Source of the DNA: Octopus sinensis
Lineage: Eukaryota
Direction of reading: 5' to 3'
Length of the DNA: 64,000 bases
Assembly (NCBI RefSeq): GCF_006345805.1
Contig: NC_043013.1
Coordinates: 44,392,001-44,456,000 of the forward strand
Shown here: piece after piece, positions 1 through 13,524 of the stretch
How positions within the stretch are numbered: position 1 is the first letter of the stretch
How the letters are laid out: each line of letters starts with the position of its first letter
Notes under the pieces: generated by a model
Database searches by the model: none
The model's input: only the letters and a program-made list of their open reading frames with translations
Told to the model about the DNA's origin: nothing
Made by a program: the position numbers and the translations under genes

Positions 1-18
1 TCTGATTTTTATTTTTAT

Positions 19-110
19 TTTATGGTTTATTATTGTTTATATTTTATTGTTTTTATGGTTTATTATTGTTTATATTTTATTGTTTTTATGGTTTATTATT
101 GTTTATATTT
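19..110. repeat. 33-bp tandem repeat x ~2.8
   Basis: ATGG recurs at 22, 55 and 88. Confidence 0.9.
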
Positions 111-279
111 TGAATTACATAAATATGAGGGAACCAAAATCTTTTAAGCACTTAGGGTCTCTATGGGTCTTAATCTGGCCCTGCACACAGGGAAGACAAA
201 ATATACTAGGAATAATATATGAAGGGTTCATGAAACAGTAAAGACAATGCACAAACATACTAAGGAGACATTATTTTTT

Positions 280-591
280 ATTTATGCACCCTTTTCAAGC
301 CTAGCCAGGCTTATGGGCCCAGTTTCCCGGTTTCTATGGTATATGTCCCCCCCTCCCCCAGCTGGATGGGACACCAGTCCATCGCAGCATTACTCAAGAA
401 ACAGGAAGAAAGAGTGAGAGAAAGTTGGGGTGAAAGAGTACAACAGGGGCCGCCACCAACCCCTGCCAGAGCCTCATGGAACTTTAGGTGTTTTTGCTCA
501 ATAAACACACACAATGTCCGGTCTGGGAGTCGAAACCGCGATCCTCTGACTGCGCGTCTGCTGCCCTAACCACTGGGCCATTGCGCCTCCA
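280..591 (-). mobile_element. tRNA-derived SINE (related copy 11195-11445 on the plus strand)
   Basis: tRNA-like head GGAGGCGCAATGGCCCAGTGGTTAGG with a B-box-like GTTTCGACTCC; 3' end shared with 11195-11445. Confidence 0.8.
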
Positions 592-726
592 CTAAGAGAC
601 ATCACGACTACCATATTTGCCCAGACATAAGAAACAACAACAGTGAAATAAAAACAAAACATTAAACTCATCTTGAACTATGTCAGATCCATTATGGACC
701 ATCCTTCATACAAAGTGAAAGTCCTA

Positions 727-1137
727 GGATCTTTCCGGTTTGAATGGCAGTTTTTAACATAATTTCTAAGTAACTAAAAAATATTAAACTTCGTATACTG
801 GTAGAATGTGTTTATAAAACATTTTTTTCTTTTGGCTTTATTGAGAAAATTCTATAGTTTGTAAGATATTTGTTGTTTTTTTCTTCAATTTCTGCAATTT
901 CAACCAATCACTGACGTCTATAGAGGTAAAAAAACATTCTGTGCTGTCTGAATATGTCCCTCATTTAAGAAACAGATTGGGTTTATTTACATTTGTGAAG
1001 GAAAAAGATACCCTTCTCCTCACCCCTAACCCTAAAACAGATTGAAATGCAATAGATCGATACTAGGGTCATAATTATGGGTGACAATTTCATATGACAC
1101 CGCTAGAAAAAACTGCCGTTCAAACAGGAAAAGATCC
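727..1137. mobile_element. ~410-bp MITE (inverted second copy at ~9165-9557)
   Basis: TIR GGATCTTT..GTTTGAA.GGCAGTTTTT; the two copies are reverse complements along their length. Confidence 0.8.
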
Positions 1138-1439
1138 AAGTCCTATTGTTGTCATTTCTACCCATTACACCACCAGTGACGGTGGGATAGGGTGACAAAC
1201 ACACATATGATGAGCTTCTTTCAGTTTCCGTCAACCAAATCCATTCACAAGGCTTTGGTCGGCCCAAGGCTGTAGTAGAAGACACTTGCCCAATGTGCCA
1301 TGCAGTGGGACTGAACCCAGAACCATGTAGTTGGCAAGCAAGCTTCTTACCACACAGCCACTCCTGTATATATATATGTATATGTATATATGTATATGTA
1401 TGTATGTATGACATATGAGTGACAACCTGGCCACTGGTA

Positions 1440-1712
1440 GTGGTGTGACACACCATACTAATCATATCTGTCAGGCATGTAGAAGAGAGTGTAATTCGGT
1501 AGGAGGACTAAAACGACATGCAAAGGTACATGAAGCCCAGTGGCAACTACTTTACTATTACCGGTAAAGGTTTTAGTTGCCAATTCTGTACAAGACATTG
1601 TAGATCTTTAGCTGGGCTAAAAAGTCACATTCGATCACAGCACCAGTAACAGTTAAGCTTCGTGCAATGGCCATACTCGATAATGAGGGGGCAGCCATCA
1701 TATGAATGTATG
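1440..1712 (+). mobile_element. RTE-clade LINE 3' end with two degenerate C2H2 fingers
   Basis: HICQACRRECNSVGGLKRHAKVH and FSCQFCTRHCRSLAGLKSHIRSQH, followed by an RTE-like terminus (..GAGGGGGCAGCCATCAT). Confidence 0.7.
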
Positions 1713-3021
1713 TATCTTTTATCTTCTTTTCATCTTTTACTTGTTTGTGGGTCATGCCTCATCATTTGACTGAAAACATGTGTGCCATAGGACTGCTCAA
1801 CCGCAGTTGATCTGGGGTTATACATAAGCAATGGCATCAAACATGTTGAAGAGAGGGATATCACAACAATAAAGTACACACTGAAGAGATATCACAGCAA
1901 GCAAGACATGTTAAAGAGATATTACATTGATAAACATGTGGAGAAAATATCACAGTCATAAAGTAACATGTATTATGTTCTTAATTTTGTTCAGAGTCCA
2001 TGCTTTGCAACCATAAACTCTTCTTGCCCTCTGGAGTGATGAAAATCAAAGTTGACCTTGGCAGGATTTGAAACCAGTATGACAAGATATATAAACTCAA
2101 AGCATTTTGTCTCATGCAGCACTACCAATTTTGTTCTATTACTTGTCTGCTTCATTTGATAGAAGTATTAGCTAAACCTCTCTTAAATTATAACCTATAC
2201 TGGTTATCAAAGTTCTAGATAGTGTTCTTCATCATCATCATCATCATCATCATCCTCATCCTCATTATCATTATGTAATGTCCATTTTCTCTGCTGGCAT
2301 GCGTTAGACGGTTTGACCAGATCTGGCAAGCCAGAGAGCTGCATCAGGTTCCGGTCTGATTTGGCTTGGCTTCTATGGCTATGGCTGTATATACCCTTCC
2401 TCACACCAACCACTTTATGGTGTGTACTGGGTGCTTTTAACATGGCACCAACACAAGCTCTTTTATGTGGAACCAGCATGAATGCTTTTTACATGGCATC
2501 GGCACAGAACTCTTGCAGGTCAATCCTCTTCACCAGAGGATGTGGCCTTAACACTTCTACTGTGGAAGAAAAGTCTTCTTGAGTACAGCAAGGTGTCAGT
2601 ACAGCAAGGCGGCAAGCTGGCAGAAACGTTAGCACACCGGACGAACTGCTTAATGGTATTTCGTCTGCCGCTATGTTCTGAGTTCAAATTCCTCCAAGGT
2701 CAACTTTGCCTTTCATTCTTTCGGGGTCGATTAAATAAGTACCAGTTATGCACTGGGATCGATATAATCAACTTAATCCGTTTGTCTGTCCTTGTTTGTC
2801 CTCTCTGTGTTTAGCCCCTTGTGGGTAGTAAAGAAATAGGTATTTCGTCTGCCGCTACGTTCTGAGTTCAAATTCCACTGAGGTTGACTTTGCCTTTCAT
2901 CCTTTCGGGGTCGATTAAATAAGTACCAGTTACGCACTGGAGTTGATGTAATCAACTTAATCCGTTTGTCTGTCCTTGTTTGTCCCCTCTATGTTTAACC
3001 CCTTGTGGGCAATAAAGAAAT

Positions 3022-3232
3022 AAGATGCCATTTATTTTGGTCCTTCATCACCTTATCTGAAAGGTTCAGCATTATGAGGTTGCCCTTCAGTACATTGTCC
3101 CAGGTCTGCCTGAGTCTCTCTCTTCCACAAGTTCCATCCACTTTAGGTGAATGGCACTTCTTTATGGAGCTGTTGGCATCCATCCTCATCACATGATCAA
3201 ACCAGCGCAGTCTTCTCTCTTACGCACTGCAT
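3022..3232 (-). mobile_element. RTE LINE ORF C-terminal fragment
   Basis: VRKRRLRWFDHVMRMD..GTCGRERLRQTWDNVLKGNL..DQNKW, matching the RTE C-terminal consensus. Confidence 0.8.
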
Positions 3233-4255
3233 CTAATTCTGTTCAAAAAGTTGGAATGGTGAAACTACATAGGGTTGACCTGTGGGCAATTAGCGATGGC
3301 AACGACAATAAAACTGCACAAATGAATGAAAATTTTAAACTCAGTTATCTTCATTTAAATCACAAAAAAGAAAAACAACAGCAATGCTACAAAAACAAAA
3401 AAAAAAACATATAAAAAATAAATAAAAACAAGAAAACACAGAAAAAGAAAAGATTTAGAGAGTGTTTGGTGATACGGGTGGGAGGTGATGAGTCTGTGGT
3501 AGCGATGATGGCAGTGGTGGTGGTGGTGTTGGTGGTGGAAGGCCATTCTATGTGAAATGTTTTAAATAAAAGCCAGCTTTATGTGAGGATAGATTTATTT
3601 ACACACACACACATATGCATATATATATATGCATGTATCTATGTATATATATATGTGTGTGTGTGTGTGTGTGCGTTTTTGTGTATATGAACACATACAT
3701 ACACACTGGCACACATACGCACACATGAATACATACATACATATACATATACATATATATATATATATATATGTATGTATATATGCAATCATACATACAT
3801 ATATATATACACACACACATTTATGGTAGGTAATATCAGCTTCTCAGGGGGAACCCAGTGCAGTATTGGGAGAGAAACAAGGGTGCCAATAGACCTGGTG
3901 AGGGTATGTGGTGGCTGAGGTAGGGGGTAGGGGTGGGGCGAAGAGATGGAAAAAGAGAGAGAGAGAGAGAGAGAGAAGTGGGAGTGTAAGGATGAAGAGA
4001 AGTAAAGTCGTGAGAGATGGGGGCAGAGGAGAGGTAGGAGAAGGAGGAGGAGGAGGAGGGGGGGTCTAGAACAGAAGAGGAAGGCCTGAAGGTGGAAGTG
4101 GGGAGGAGGTGGGGGTGAAGTGATAGGGGCATGGGGGTGAAATTTGACACATTTCAGAAGGTTGCTGCTGATTTTGGCAGAAAATTTTTAGGGACACAGC
4201 ATCTAACATTCTCTTCAGCTTGCCTGCCACAGAAGAATGGTAATGCAATAAGTGT

Positions 4256-4287
<32 letters not shown>

Positions 4288-4618
4288 TTATGTATGTGTG
4301 TGTATGTTTATGCATGTGTGTGTGTGTGTGTGTGTGTCTGTGTATGTCTGTGTGTGTGTCTGTGTGTGTGTGTTTCTGTGTATCTTGGCTTTGCTTTTTT
4401 TTTTCTTTACTGTAGAATTTAGCCACAGGCACCACTCCCTAGGCTAGGTTTCCACATATTTAACGGTCTATATGGTTAAAGAATTATGATTCCAGTTTGG
4501 TAAAATGAGATTTGAACAGAAATGATGAAATCCCTGACAGATTTTTTTCTAGAAAATGCTTACTATTTTGTATTACACATCTGCCTGTCTGTCTATAAAT
4601 ACACACACACACACATAG

Positions 4619-4692
<74 letters not shown>

Positions 4693-4697
4693 GTCTA

Positions 4698-4737
<40 letters not shown>

Positions 4738-4760
4738 CATATATCTACATATCTATCTAT

Positions 4761-4797
<37 letters not shown>

Positions 4798-4810
4798 TAT
4801 ATTATATTAT
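4619..4810. repeat. Compound microsatellite (TATC)n-(CT)n-(TA)n-(TAT)n. Similar arrays at 3600-3820, 4250-4380, 21371-21462 (GA), 32990-33060 (CAT/CAC)
   Basis: Read directly; these arrays explain many spurious ORFs. Confidence 0.95.
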
Positions 4811-7800
4811 ATCATATTATATTGTGTATTGTCATAATAGTCAATGAGAATGCATCGTAGCTCTTAGCTCCGGCATTTGAAACTCTGAGTCCTATTATGA
4901 CAACTTACTGATTGTCCTAAACTACACATACATACATATATACATATACATACATACATATATATATATATATGTTAAAATACTGAGGGTAGAATTTGAT
5001 ATCAATCAATTAACATCAATTTAAACCAGTGGTCTAGCATATTCAAAAGAATCCAAAGATTTAGAAATTACAATTAATAAGAGGAATGACCACTAAAGTG
5101 GAATTCTATACACTAGAAATAGAAATCAAATTGCCTTACCACAAAAAGAGTGTTCTCAACAAAAAAATCAAGTAAATGCCAAAATGTAAAAAATAAGTAA
5201 AGCAAATGAAAATTTACAAAATAAAACGATTACCTTCGTATCATGATTTCATTATTAATACTTACAAAATGCAAAATGCAGTATCTGTAAATCCTCAGTG
5301 TAGTCTGTCATGTTTCGAAACGTGTTTGAAACACGACAAGTGCTGGTTCAGACCTCTCTCTAACTGTCATCCTGAATATTCTCTTGGGTCAAGACACACT
5401 TACCCTTAACATAGTTCTCAGGGAGATTCAGCATGACACAGAGTGTGACAAGGCTGGCCCTTTGAAATACAGGTACAACTCATATTTGTCACCTGAGAGG
5501 ACTGGAGCAATACATGAAATAAAGTGTCTTGCTGAAGGACACAAGGCACTGCCAAAAACCGAACTCATGACCTTGCAATCGCAAGCCAAATACCCTAACC
5601 ACTAAGCCATGCACCATCACTACACCTGAAACAATGAGTGAAAGTATGGTACGTACTATTAGGTCATGGTCACTCACTAAGAGACAGATTTTAAAGTTAC
5701 TTCATTGATTTCCAGCCTCCACTATTCCTAACAAGAATAAAACAATATTGGTCAGTCTCCAGTATTTTTATCAAGTTCTAACTTCAACTCACGCCTGCTT
5801 TGATATTGTCTTTCATCTTTCCCATGTCCACAATATAAATCTCAATCAAATCTGAAGATCGTAGGCGTAGGAGTGGCTGTGTGGTAAGTAGCTTGCTTAC
5901 CAACCACATGGTTCCGGGTTCAGTCCCACTGCGTGGCACCTTGGGCAAGTGTCTTCTGCTATAGCCTCGGGTTGACCAAAGCCTTGTGAGTGGATTTGGT
6001 AGACGGAAACTGAAAGAAGCCCGTCGTATATATGTATATATATATATGTGTGTGTGTGTGTATGTTTGTGTGTCTGTGTTTGTACCCTCAACATCGCTTG
6101 ACAACCGATGCTGGTGTGTTTACGTCCCTGTAACTTAGCGGTTCTGCAAAAGAGACCGATAGAATAAGTACTAGGCTTACAAAGAAGAAGTCCTGGGGTC
6201 GGTTTGCTCGACTGAAACAAGTAAAAGAAAGATTAATTTGACTTTTCCTGTTTTAACCTCAGTGAATATGGGGAACAACTTTGGATAGGTTCATTCCTTG
6301 CGTTGTTCTTTAGCCCCGGGCCTGCCTTAATCGAGCATGCCTTTTATCAAAGGCATTTCATCTTTGATTACTCCACAATGCAATATTTTTCTCATACACA
6401 GTGAATCTAGGATTACATCATCTAATTTGTCCGTTTTTTAAAAGATGGTTTAATGCGATTTGAGAGCGATTTGTCTACCATTTTTGGCATGTCAAACGTT
6501 CGCATAGAGACCCTCTTGTAGAGTCGAGGTTTCATTCTTATTTTAATTTAAAAAAAACCCAAAACAAAAAGAAAAACAAACCTCGCACGACTTCAGTATT
6601 TCATACAGTTGAGCTGGCAGAATCGTTAGCACGCCGGGAGGAATGCTTAGCAAATATTTCGTTTGCTGCTACGTTCTGAGTTCAAATTTCGACTTTGCCT
6701 TTCATATTTTCAGGGTCGATTAATTAAGTACCAGTTGCGTACTGAGGTCGATCTAATCGACTGGCCTCCTCCCTCAAAATTTCGGGCCCTGTGCCTAGAG
6801 TAGAAAAAAAACTATAAATGAACAGCTTCTGTTTTTCATATGATTTTAGCACAATAAAACATGTTCAGAGTTGTCTCCCTTCCACACTGAGGTTAAAATA
6901 ATATTTTCCAGCGTGATCCACGGATTAAGAGGTTCATTTGATTTAAACTTGATTGGTACTTTATTTTATCGATTCAAAAATATAAATTGATTTCGGTGAG
7001 ATTTGAACTCAGAATCTAAAGAGGCATTAAATAAAATTTGCAAGCCATTTAGTTGAGGGCGGTCTTATCCCCTGACAATATTTTTTTTACTATATAGCTT
7101 ATTCATTGAATCATACTTTATTTTATTGGCCAATAAAGGACGAAATGCAAAATAGATCGAACAAAATTTGAACTTAAAATGCTTGATATTTTGTCTACCG
7201 ATCGCCCGAGTCTGTTATTTCGGTGCGTATATTTTGGATGTTCTCGGCAAGCATCGCACGCTTAAAGATGTCTTTTTAACTTCTTTGATCATTTTTCTTG
7301 TTTCAGTCACAAGACCAGGGGCCAGGGAACTTTTTTTTCACCAATTGCCATCGTTAAAACTGCTAACTCCGACATTTTATATTATTGTGTACCTAATTAA
7401 TCTTAACCGTTACAATTGGTGACTACAATAATTAATCTTCATCCGTTACATATTTATCTACGCCAACGTTACCCCCTTGATTTGAAGAAAATCAGATTCT
7501 TTGAATTCAAAAGGTTTATTGCATCTATTTATATGGAGAATACAGTTATAAACATAAAAAATATAAAACAAATGTGATAAAATGAATTAATATCCTCATT
7601 ATGAAACAAAAGGATTTTTCTAGAAATTCTTTTCACTTCAGGTTTTGGAGAAATGATGTTTCATTTTTGTTACAGTTACATCAAAATTGGGACATTTTGA
7701 TTCCAGAACAATTTAGATTGTCTTCGGGGTCCAATCGATTACTCTACTTTGTTTTTATGTTCATACACACACACACACGTATGCGTAGCCGTATTTCGTC

Positions 7801-8056
7801 TGTCGTTACGTTCTGAGTTCAAATTCCGCCGAGGTCGACTTTGCCTCTCATCCTTTCGGGGTCGATAAATAAAGTACCAGTTTCGCACCGGGGTCGATGT
7901 AATCGACTTAATCCCTTTGTCTGTACTTGTTTGTCCCCTCTATGTTTAGCCCCTTGTGGGCAGTAATATATATATATATATCTTGATTGATTGATAAAAA
8001 TGGTAAGACAACAAAAGAATGAAAAAGACCTCGATATTATGTAAATAGAAGAATTT

Positions 8057-8466
8057 ATCTGTAAATGTAATATGTGACAATTATTCGGTAGCCATGATAA
8101 AACTCCGAGTTTCGGATGCCGCGGTGGTAATCCACGCCGCTATCTCTTCAGTTATCCGGCCATCGGAAAAAATGTGTACACCACTATTTTTCCCTAAGGG
8201 CTAATGCAGCTTATTTTTGGAAAATCGCCAGACATCGGTTAAGGACTCTGCCCCGCAGAAGAATTCAATATGGACGCATACTACATCGATTATTCTATGA
8301 AAAACATACATATACAATCAAACGTTGGGAGAAAATTACAGACCTTATTTAGCATGTTTTCCGATGGCCGGATAACTGAAGAGATGGCAGCGTGGATTTC
8401 CACCCCGACATCTGAAACTCGGAGTTTTATCATGGCTACCGAATAATTGCAACATTTTACATTTAC

Positions 8467-8470
<4 letters not shown>
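8057..8470. mobile_element. MITE with ~115-bp inverted repeats, abutting (TA)n
   Basis: 8057-8170 is the near reverse complement of 8355-8470. Confidence 0.8.
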
Positions 8471-8512
<42 letters not shown>

Positions 8513-10004
8513 GGCTTATTTCAGTTTTCATCAACCAAATCGGCGATCAAATCCACTCACAAAGCCTTAATCAGCCCGAGGCCATAGTAAGACTCTTACC
8601 CAAGGTGCCACGCCGTGAGACCGAACACAGGGCCACATATTGGGAAGCAAGCTTCTTATCATGCAGCAACTTTATTTGTAATAATTCTGTCTTTGTAATG
8701 TCATGACCTAATCCGACGATAAATTAAGTACCAGTTGCGTACTGGGGTCGATGTAATCAACTTAATCCATTTGTCTGTCCTTGTTTGTCCCCTCTATTTT
8801 TAGCCCCTTCTGGGCAATAAAGAAATAAGAAGGCTTTATATGTTATATTTATAGTTGTCACAAGTCTATTCCTTTAAAATTACAAAAGTATCTATCTCCA
8901 TCACTGAGACAAGGACACATTTTTCATCATTTCGAGGTCGATAAAATAAGTACCAGTTGATTACCGGAGTCGATGTAATCGACTTACTGCTCCTTTAAAT
9001 TGCTAGCCTTGTGTGTAAAATATGAATCCAATATCTAAAGCAATCACGCATATAGGACTTGGAATGATTTTTGGACATATTGATTCGGAAAAAGGTGCAT
9101 CTTAATGGCCATCAACTACGGAACATTAACAACAGCAACCTTAAGAAAAATATAAATAGAAACAAGTTTGACCGGCAGTTTTTTCTAGCGGTGTCATATG
9201 AAATTGTCACCCATAATTATGACCCTAGTATCGATTTATTGCATTTCAATCTGTTTTAGGGTTAGGGGGAAGGGTATCTTTTTTTCTTCAGAAATGTAAA
9301 TAAACCCAATCTGTTTCTTCAACGGGGGACATATTCATACGGCACAGAATATTTTCACCTCAATAGACGTCATTGATTGGTTGAAATTGCAGAAATTGAA
9401 GAAAAAAACCCAAATATCTTACAAACTGTAGAATTTTCTCAATAAAACCAAGAGAAAAAGATGTTTTATAAAAATATTCTACCAGTATACGAAGTTTAAA
9501 AGTGTTTAGTTACGTGGAAATTATTTTAAAAAACTGCCGTTCAAACCAAAAAGATCCCAAGAAAAGAGTACCGTCATATAAGATGCATGGCAATCAATTC
9601 ATTTTAATTTTTCTTTTTTGACACTGACCATTTTCCGTTGCCACATGTTTTAACATGTAGGGCCTTAAAATGTTTTCGAATTACAAATATTCTTTTACTC
9701 AACTTGACGAAAATAGATGTTTGAAGGAGATTTGACTGCTATTTCTAGCAGATAGCAATTACGTCGAGGCTCCGTGGTTGGCTCGAATGTCGTAATATTG
9801 GATGGAATTTTTATTGATTTATTTGTTTCAGTCATTTGACAGCGGACATGCTAGAGCACCGCCTTTAGTCGAACAAATCTTACGTTTTGTAAGCCTAGTA
9901 CTTATTCTGTCGGTACTTATTCTTAGTTACAGGGACGTAAACACACCAGCATCGGTTGTCAAGCGATGGTGGAGGGACAAACACAGACACAAATAGCAAA
10001 TACG

Positions 10005-10048
<44 letters not shown>

Positions 10049-10379
10049 GCACGACAGGCTTCTTTCAGTTTCCATCTACCAAATCCACTCACAAGGCTTT
10101 GGTCGGCTCGAGGCTATAGAAGACAGCCTAAGGTGCCACGCAGTGAGACTGAACCCGGAACTATGTGGTTGGTAAGCAAGCTACTTACCACACAGATACT
10201 CCTGCGCCATTTAGAATTGTAGAATGTTTAAGAATTCAGCTTCTGAGTCGAGCCAGTGTGCTAAGCTCCACGACAAGGTGTGACCACTACGCATATTAAT
10301 GTTTATCGCCAGATCGAGCAAATCTATAATCAAAGATATTACAGCTGGAATCATCCGTTTTCTTTTTTTTTTACACATA

Positions 10380-10750
10380 GTTGGTACTACTTAAAAAGAG
10401 TGGTCCCGATGCGCGCACTCGCGTACTCGTGCATCCGCGCTAGCTAGTCGTGACTAGTCGATCCTACAACGACTACCTAGCAAAGTAAATAAAACACAAA
10501 ATAAATACTTTTTTTTACACAAAAGAGACCGATAGAATAAGTACTGGGTTTACAAAAGAATAAGTCCCGGGGTTGAGTTGCTCGATTAAAGGTGGTGCTC
10601 CAGCATGGCCGCAGTCAAAATGACTGAAACAAGTAAAAGAGTAAAGCAAATAAAACAAAAACACAAAGTAAGGATCGACTAGTCACGTCTAGCTAGCGCG
10701 GATGCGCGAGTGCGTGCACTGGGACCACTCTTCTTAAGTAGTACCGACAT
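10380..10750. mobile_element. CG-rich MITE with ~85-bp inverted repeats, interrupted by a SINE 3' fragment (10518-10645)
   Basis: GGTACTACTTAA.AAGAGTGGTCCC..CATCCGCGCTAGCTAG.CGTGACTAGTCGATCCT, inverted at 10671-10750. Confidence 0.8.
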
Positions 10751-10899
10751 AGCTTAATTTAGGACTTCTTAATTCAATGTGTTTTCTTTTATTTTAAGGC
10801 ATGATTAGAGGGGGATGTAACTGTTATTTCTAGCAAAAAAAGTGACTCTGTAAAAGTCTCCTCCGTTGGACGCCAGATACTAAGGGAGATAACTACGGT

Positions 10900-11010
10900 T
10901 ATCTTTAGTCGTAGCTGTCGTCGAGTTTGACGTTCAGTTCATAGATTCCAGAGATTCCATTTCTAACGATAGGAGTCACAACATATATTATACAATTACG
11001 GAAGTCGGTA
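10900..11010 (+). promoter_or_regulatory. Putative promoter or first exon of a plus-strand transcript
   Basis: CpG-retaining non-repeat sequence, ETS-type CGGAAGT at 10999-11005, possible donor CG|GTAAAA at 11008. Confidence 0.35.
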
Positions 11011-12488
11011 AAACGTCTCTCATGTGCTAGCACCGAAAACTGAAGGAAAATAGTAAAATTAACAAAATAAATAAATAAACCAATAAAGAGATGGTTGCGA
11101 TTGCAAGAATTCTCTCCCTTACATTAGTAATAGATTTTTTTTTTTTCATTCGGTGACAGTTGATTTCTGTTCTAGTAAAAATAACTATTTGTGGAGGCGC
11201 GTGGCTTAGTGGTTAGGGTGTCAGCATCATGATCGTAAGATTGTGGTTTCAATTCCTGAACCGGGCGACGCGTTGTGTTCTTGAACAAAACACTTCATTT
11301 CTCGTTGCTCCAGATAAAAGTGGCAATAATGAGTAACGCTGTGATGGACTGTCGTCCCGTCCAGCTGGGGAACACATAAGCCATGGAAACTGGGAAACCG
11401 GGGCCATGAGCCTGGCTAGGCTTTAAAAGGGCGCATTTATTTTAATTTTAAATAACTATTTACTGTTCTTCATCAAATATAAGTTCCTTACTACATGATA
11501 CAAAAGCTAGTATTATAGTAGAGGAGATGGGAGGTTTTGATTTTCATGTATTTCCTAAAGATATCACAATTCTATCATTGCAGCTACACTCCATCTACCA
11601 TCAATGAAACGCTTTCTCTCCCTCTCACACATACAATGGATAGACGTCTACGAACTTCAGCAACATAAGCTTAGTTCACCCATGCGAGGTATTTATTCGC
11701 TGAAAATGCACTATTCGTCCCGTGGTTGGTGCTATGATTCTCATGTCTATGTGAATTAAACAAATCGGATGAATATACCTCAAATTTCCGCCCAGACGGA
11801 ACTTTAGAACAAGTTATCTCGCAGAGCATCGAGATATTTTTAGTGACTGAGTTTGAATTTAAAATGAGAAGTACATGTACAGTTTATCCGGTTATTTCAA
11901 GTGGTGACTTATTTTTGTTGGCGCACCAAGTTTCTTGGTGTGAAAAAGAGAAACGAGAAACTCATAATAGCGGCAGATACATTTCTCTGTGTGTGTGTAC
12001 GTACGTATATACAAATACACATCCACATACATACATACACACACACCAGAAAAAAAATTATAATGGGATTTGAATTTAGATCAGTAAAAAGACCAGATGA
12101 AATCACTTTAAAGCATTGTCTTATTTCAGTGTTTTTCGCATTTAAATTACTCAGACGTGTACGAAAGATGAAGCTTTTGATTGCAACCGGTAAACGCACA
12201 TGAAAACGAAAAGAAAGGCAAACTCACTTAACTATACACTAACACACTTATACGTACACAACGAGCTAAGCCAACCGTGTCCATGCAATGGGACTGAACC
12301 CTTAAACACATGGTTCTAAATAGAACTTCTTGGCCACTGGATTTGAAGAGTATTGATATTTTACATTAGCACAGTGATACAATTTTTTAGGAGAGAGGCG
12401 TATTTAATTGAATTTAGTCCCAGTGGAGCATTACTATATTGTGTTATGAGCCCTCCTGTTAGGTGAAATCCAGCCTACGGTTTTTCTT

Positions 12489-12671
12489 TCTTCGTTTCTG
12501 GTTCATATTCTCATGTCCGTATAGTTCTTGGTTTTCTGATTGATTTCTTGTCCTTAAAGCTTGCTGCCTGGTATATTCTAGGTGCCTGGAGATCTTTCTT
12601 GAGGCCTGAAGGTGCGTGAGACCTTCAACTTTCCCTTGAAGGAATTTAACCAGAGAACATCACATCTCTTA
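12489..12671 (+). ncRNA. Candidate structured intronic RNA (snoRNA-like), copy 1
   Basis: Paralog of 14001-14184 with three identical blocks of 33-36 nt; hairpins GAAGGT/ACCTTC and CTAGG/CCTGG; terminal TCTGGTT/AACCAGA pairing; AGAACA and ACA near the 3' end. Confidence 0.4.
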
Positions 12672-13524
12672 GGCAAGAAGCCTCCCTTACGAGGTAAAAG
12701 GGTTTATTTTGCTGTCAGTTGGTGTTTCGAGAAGTAAAAAGAAAAATATTTTTGTTTCACATGGGTGAGTTACTAATCTAATGAACAAACCCCAATCTGG
12801 GACTGTAGTATATTACTAGTTTTCATTTTAATCCTTTTGTTACCAACCCGGCCGAAACCGGCTCTGGCTCTGTTGTACAATGTCTTGTTTGCTTAAGGTT
12901 TCAATTAAAATCTTTCACCAAACCTTAGTCACAATTTATGTTCCTAATACAAGCTGAATGATAAGGAAGTTATTTTACTAAATTCTTTGTTATATTTAAA
13001 GTAATTGAAAGAAACAGAACATCTCAAAATAAGGGTTATGTAGTAGAATAGCTTGCCTGGTAGTTCATTCTGGGCTATGCTTTTATGAGAGCTACACTTT
13101 TGGGTTTACTGTATAGGCTAGGGTCCAGGGGTGGCAAATTCAAAAGCTGCCCCTGTTGGTACACACTCTTAGCTATGCCACTGGGGGACATGTATATGGC
13201 AAAGCCCTCAACCATTTCTGCTATCTCTTAAGAATTACAAAAATATTGGTTCGAAATTTTAGCACAAGGCCAGCAATTATGGGGGAGCGGGGAAAATCGA
13301 TTATAACAACCCCAGGGCTTGACTGGTACTTATTTTATCGACCCCAGAAGGATGGTAGGCAAAGTCAACCTCAGCAGAACTTGAACTCAGCACATAAAGA
13401 TGAACGAAATACTGCTAAGCATTTTGCTTGAAGAATTACAAAAAATATTAAAAACATGTAGAATATATCTGCTGAAGAATTAAGACTAACAAGAATCTAT
13501 GTAAACAGTAACCATGGTAGCAAA

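Noticed and set aside
280-591. tRNA genes
   Set aside because: The tRNA-like heads are SINE 5' ends without a complete cloverleaf.
3595-4860. Many 60-110 aa ORFs rich in C/V/Y/I/H/T
   Set aside because: They are translations of (TG)n, (TA)n and (TATC)n microsatellites; the same applies to similar ORFs throughout the window.
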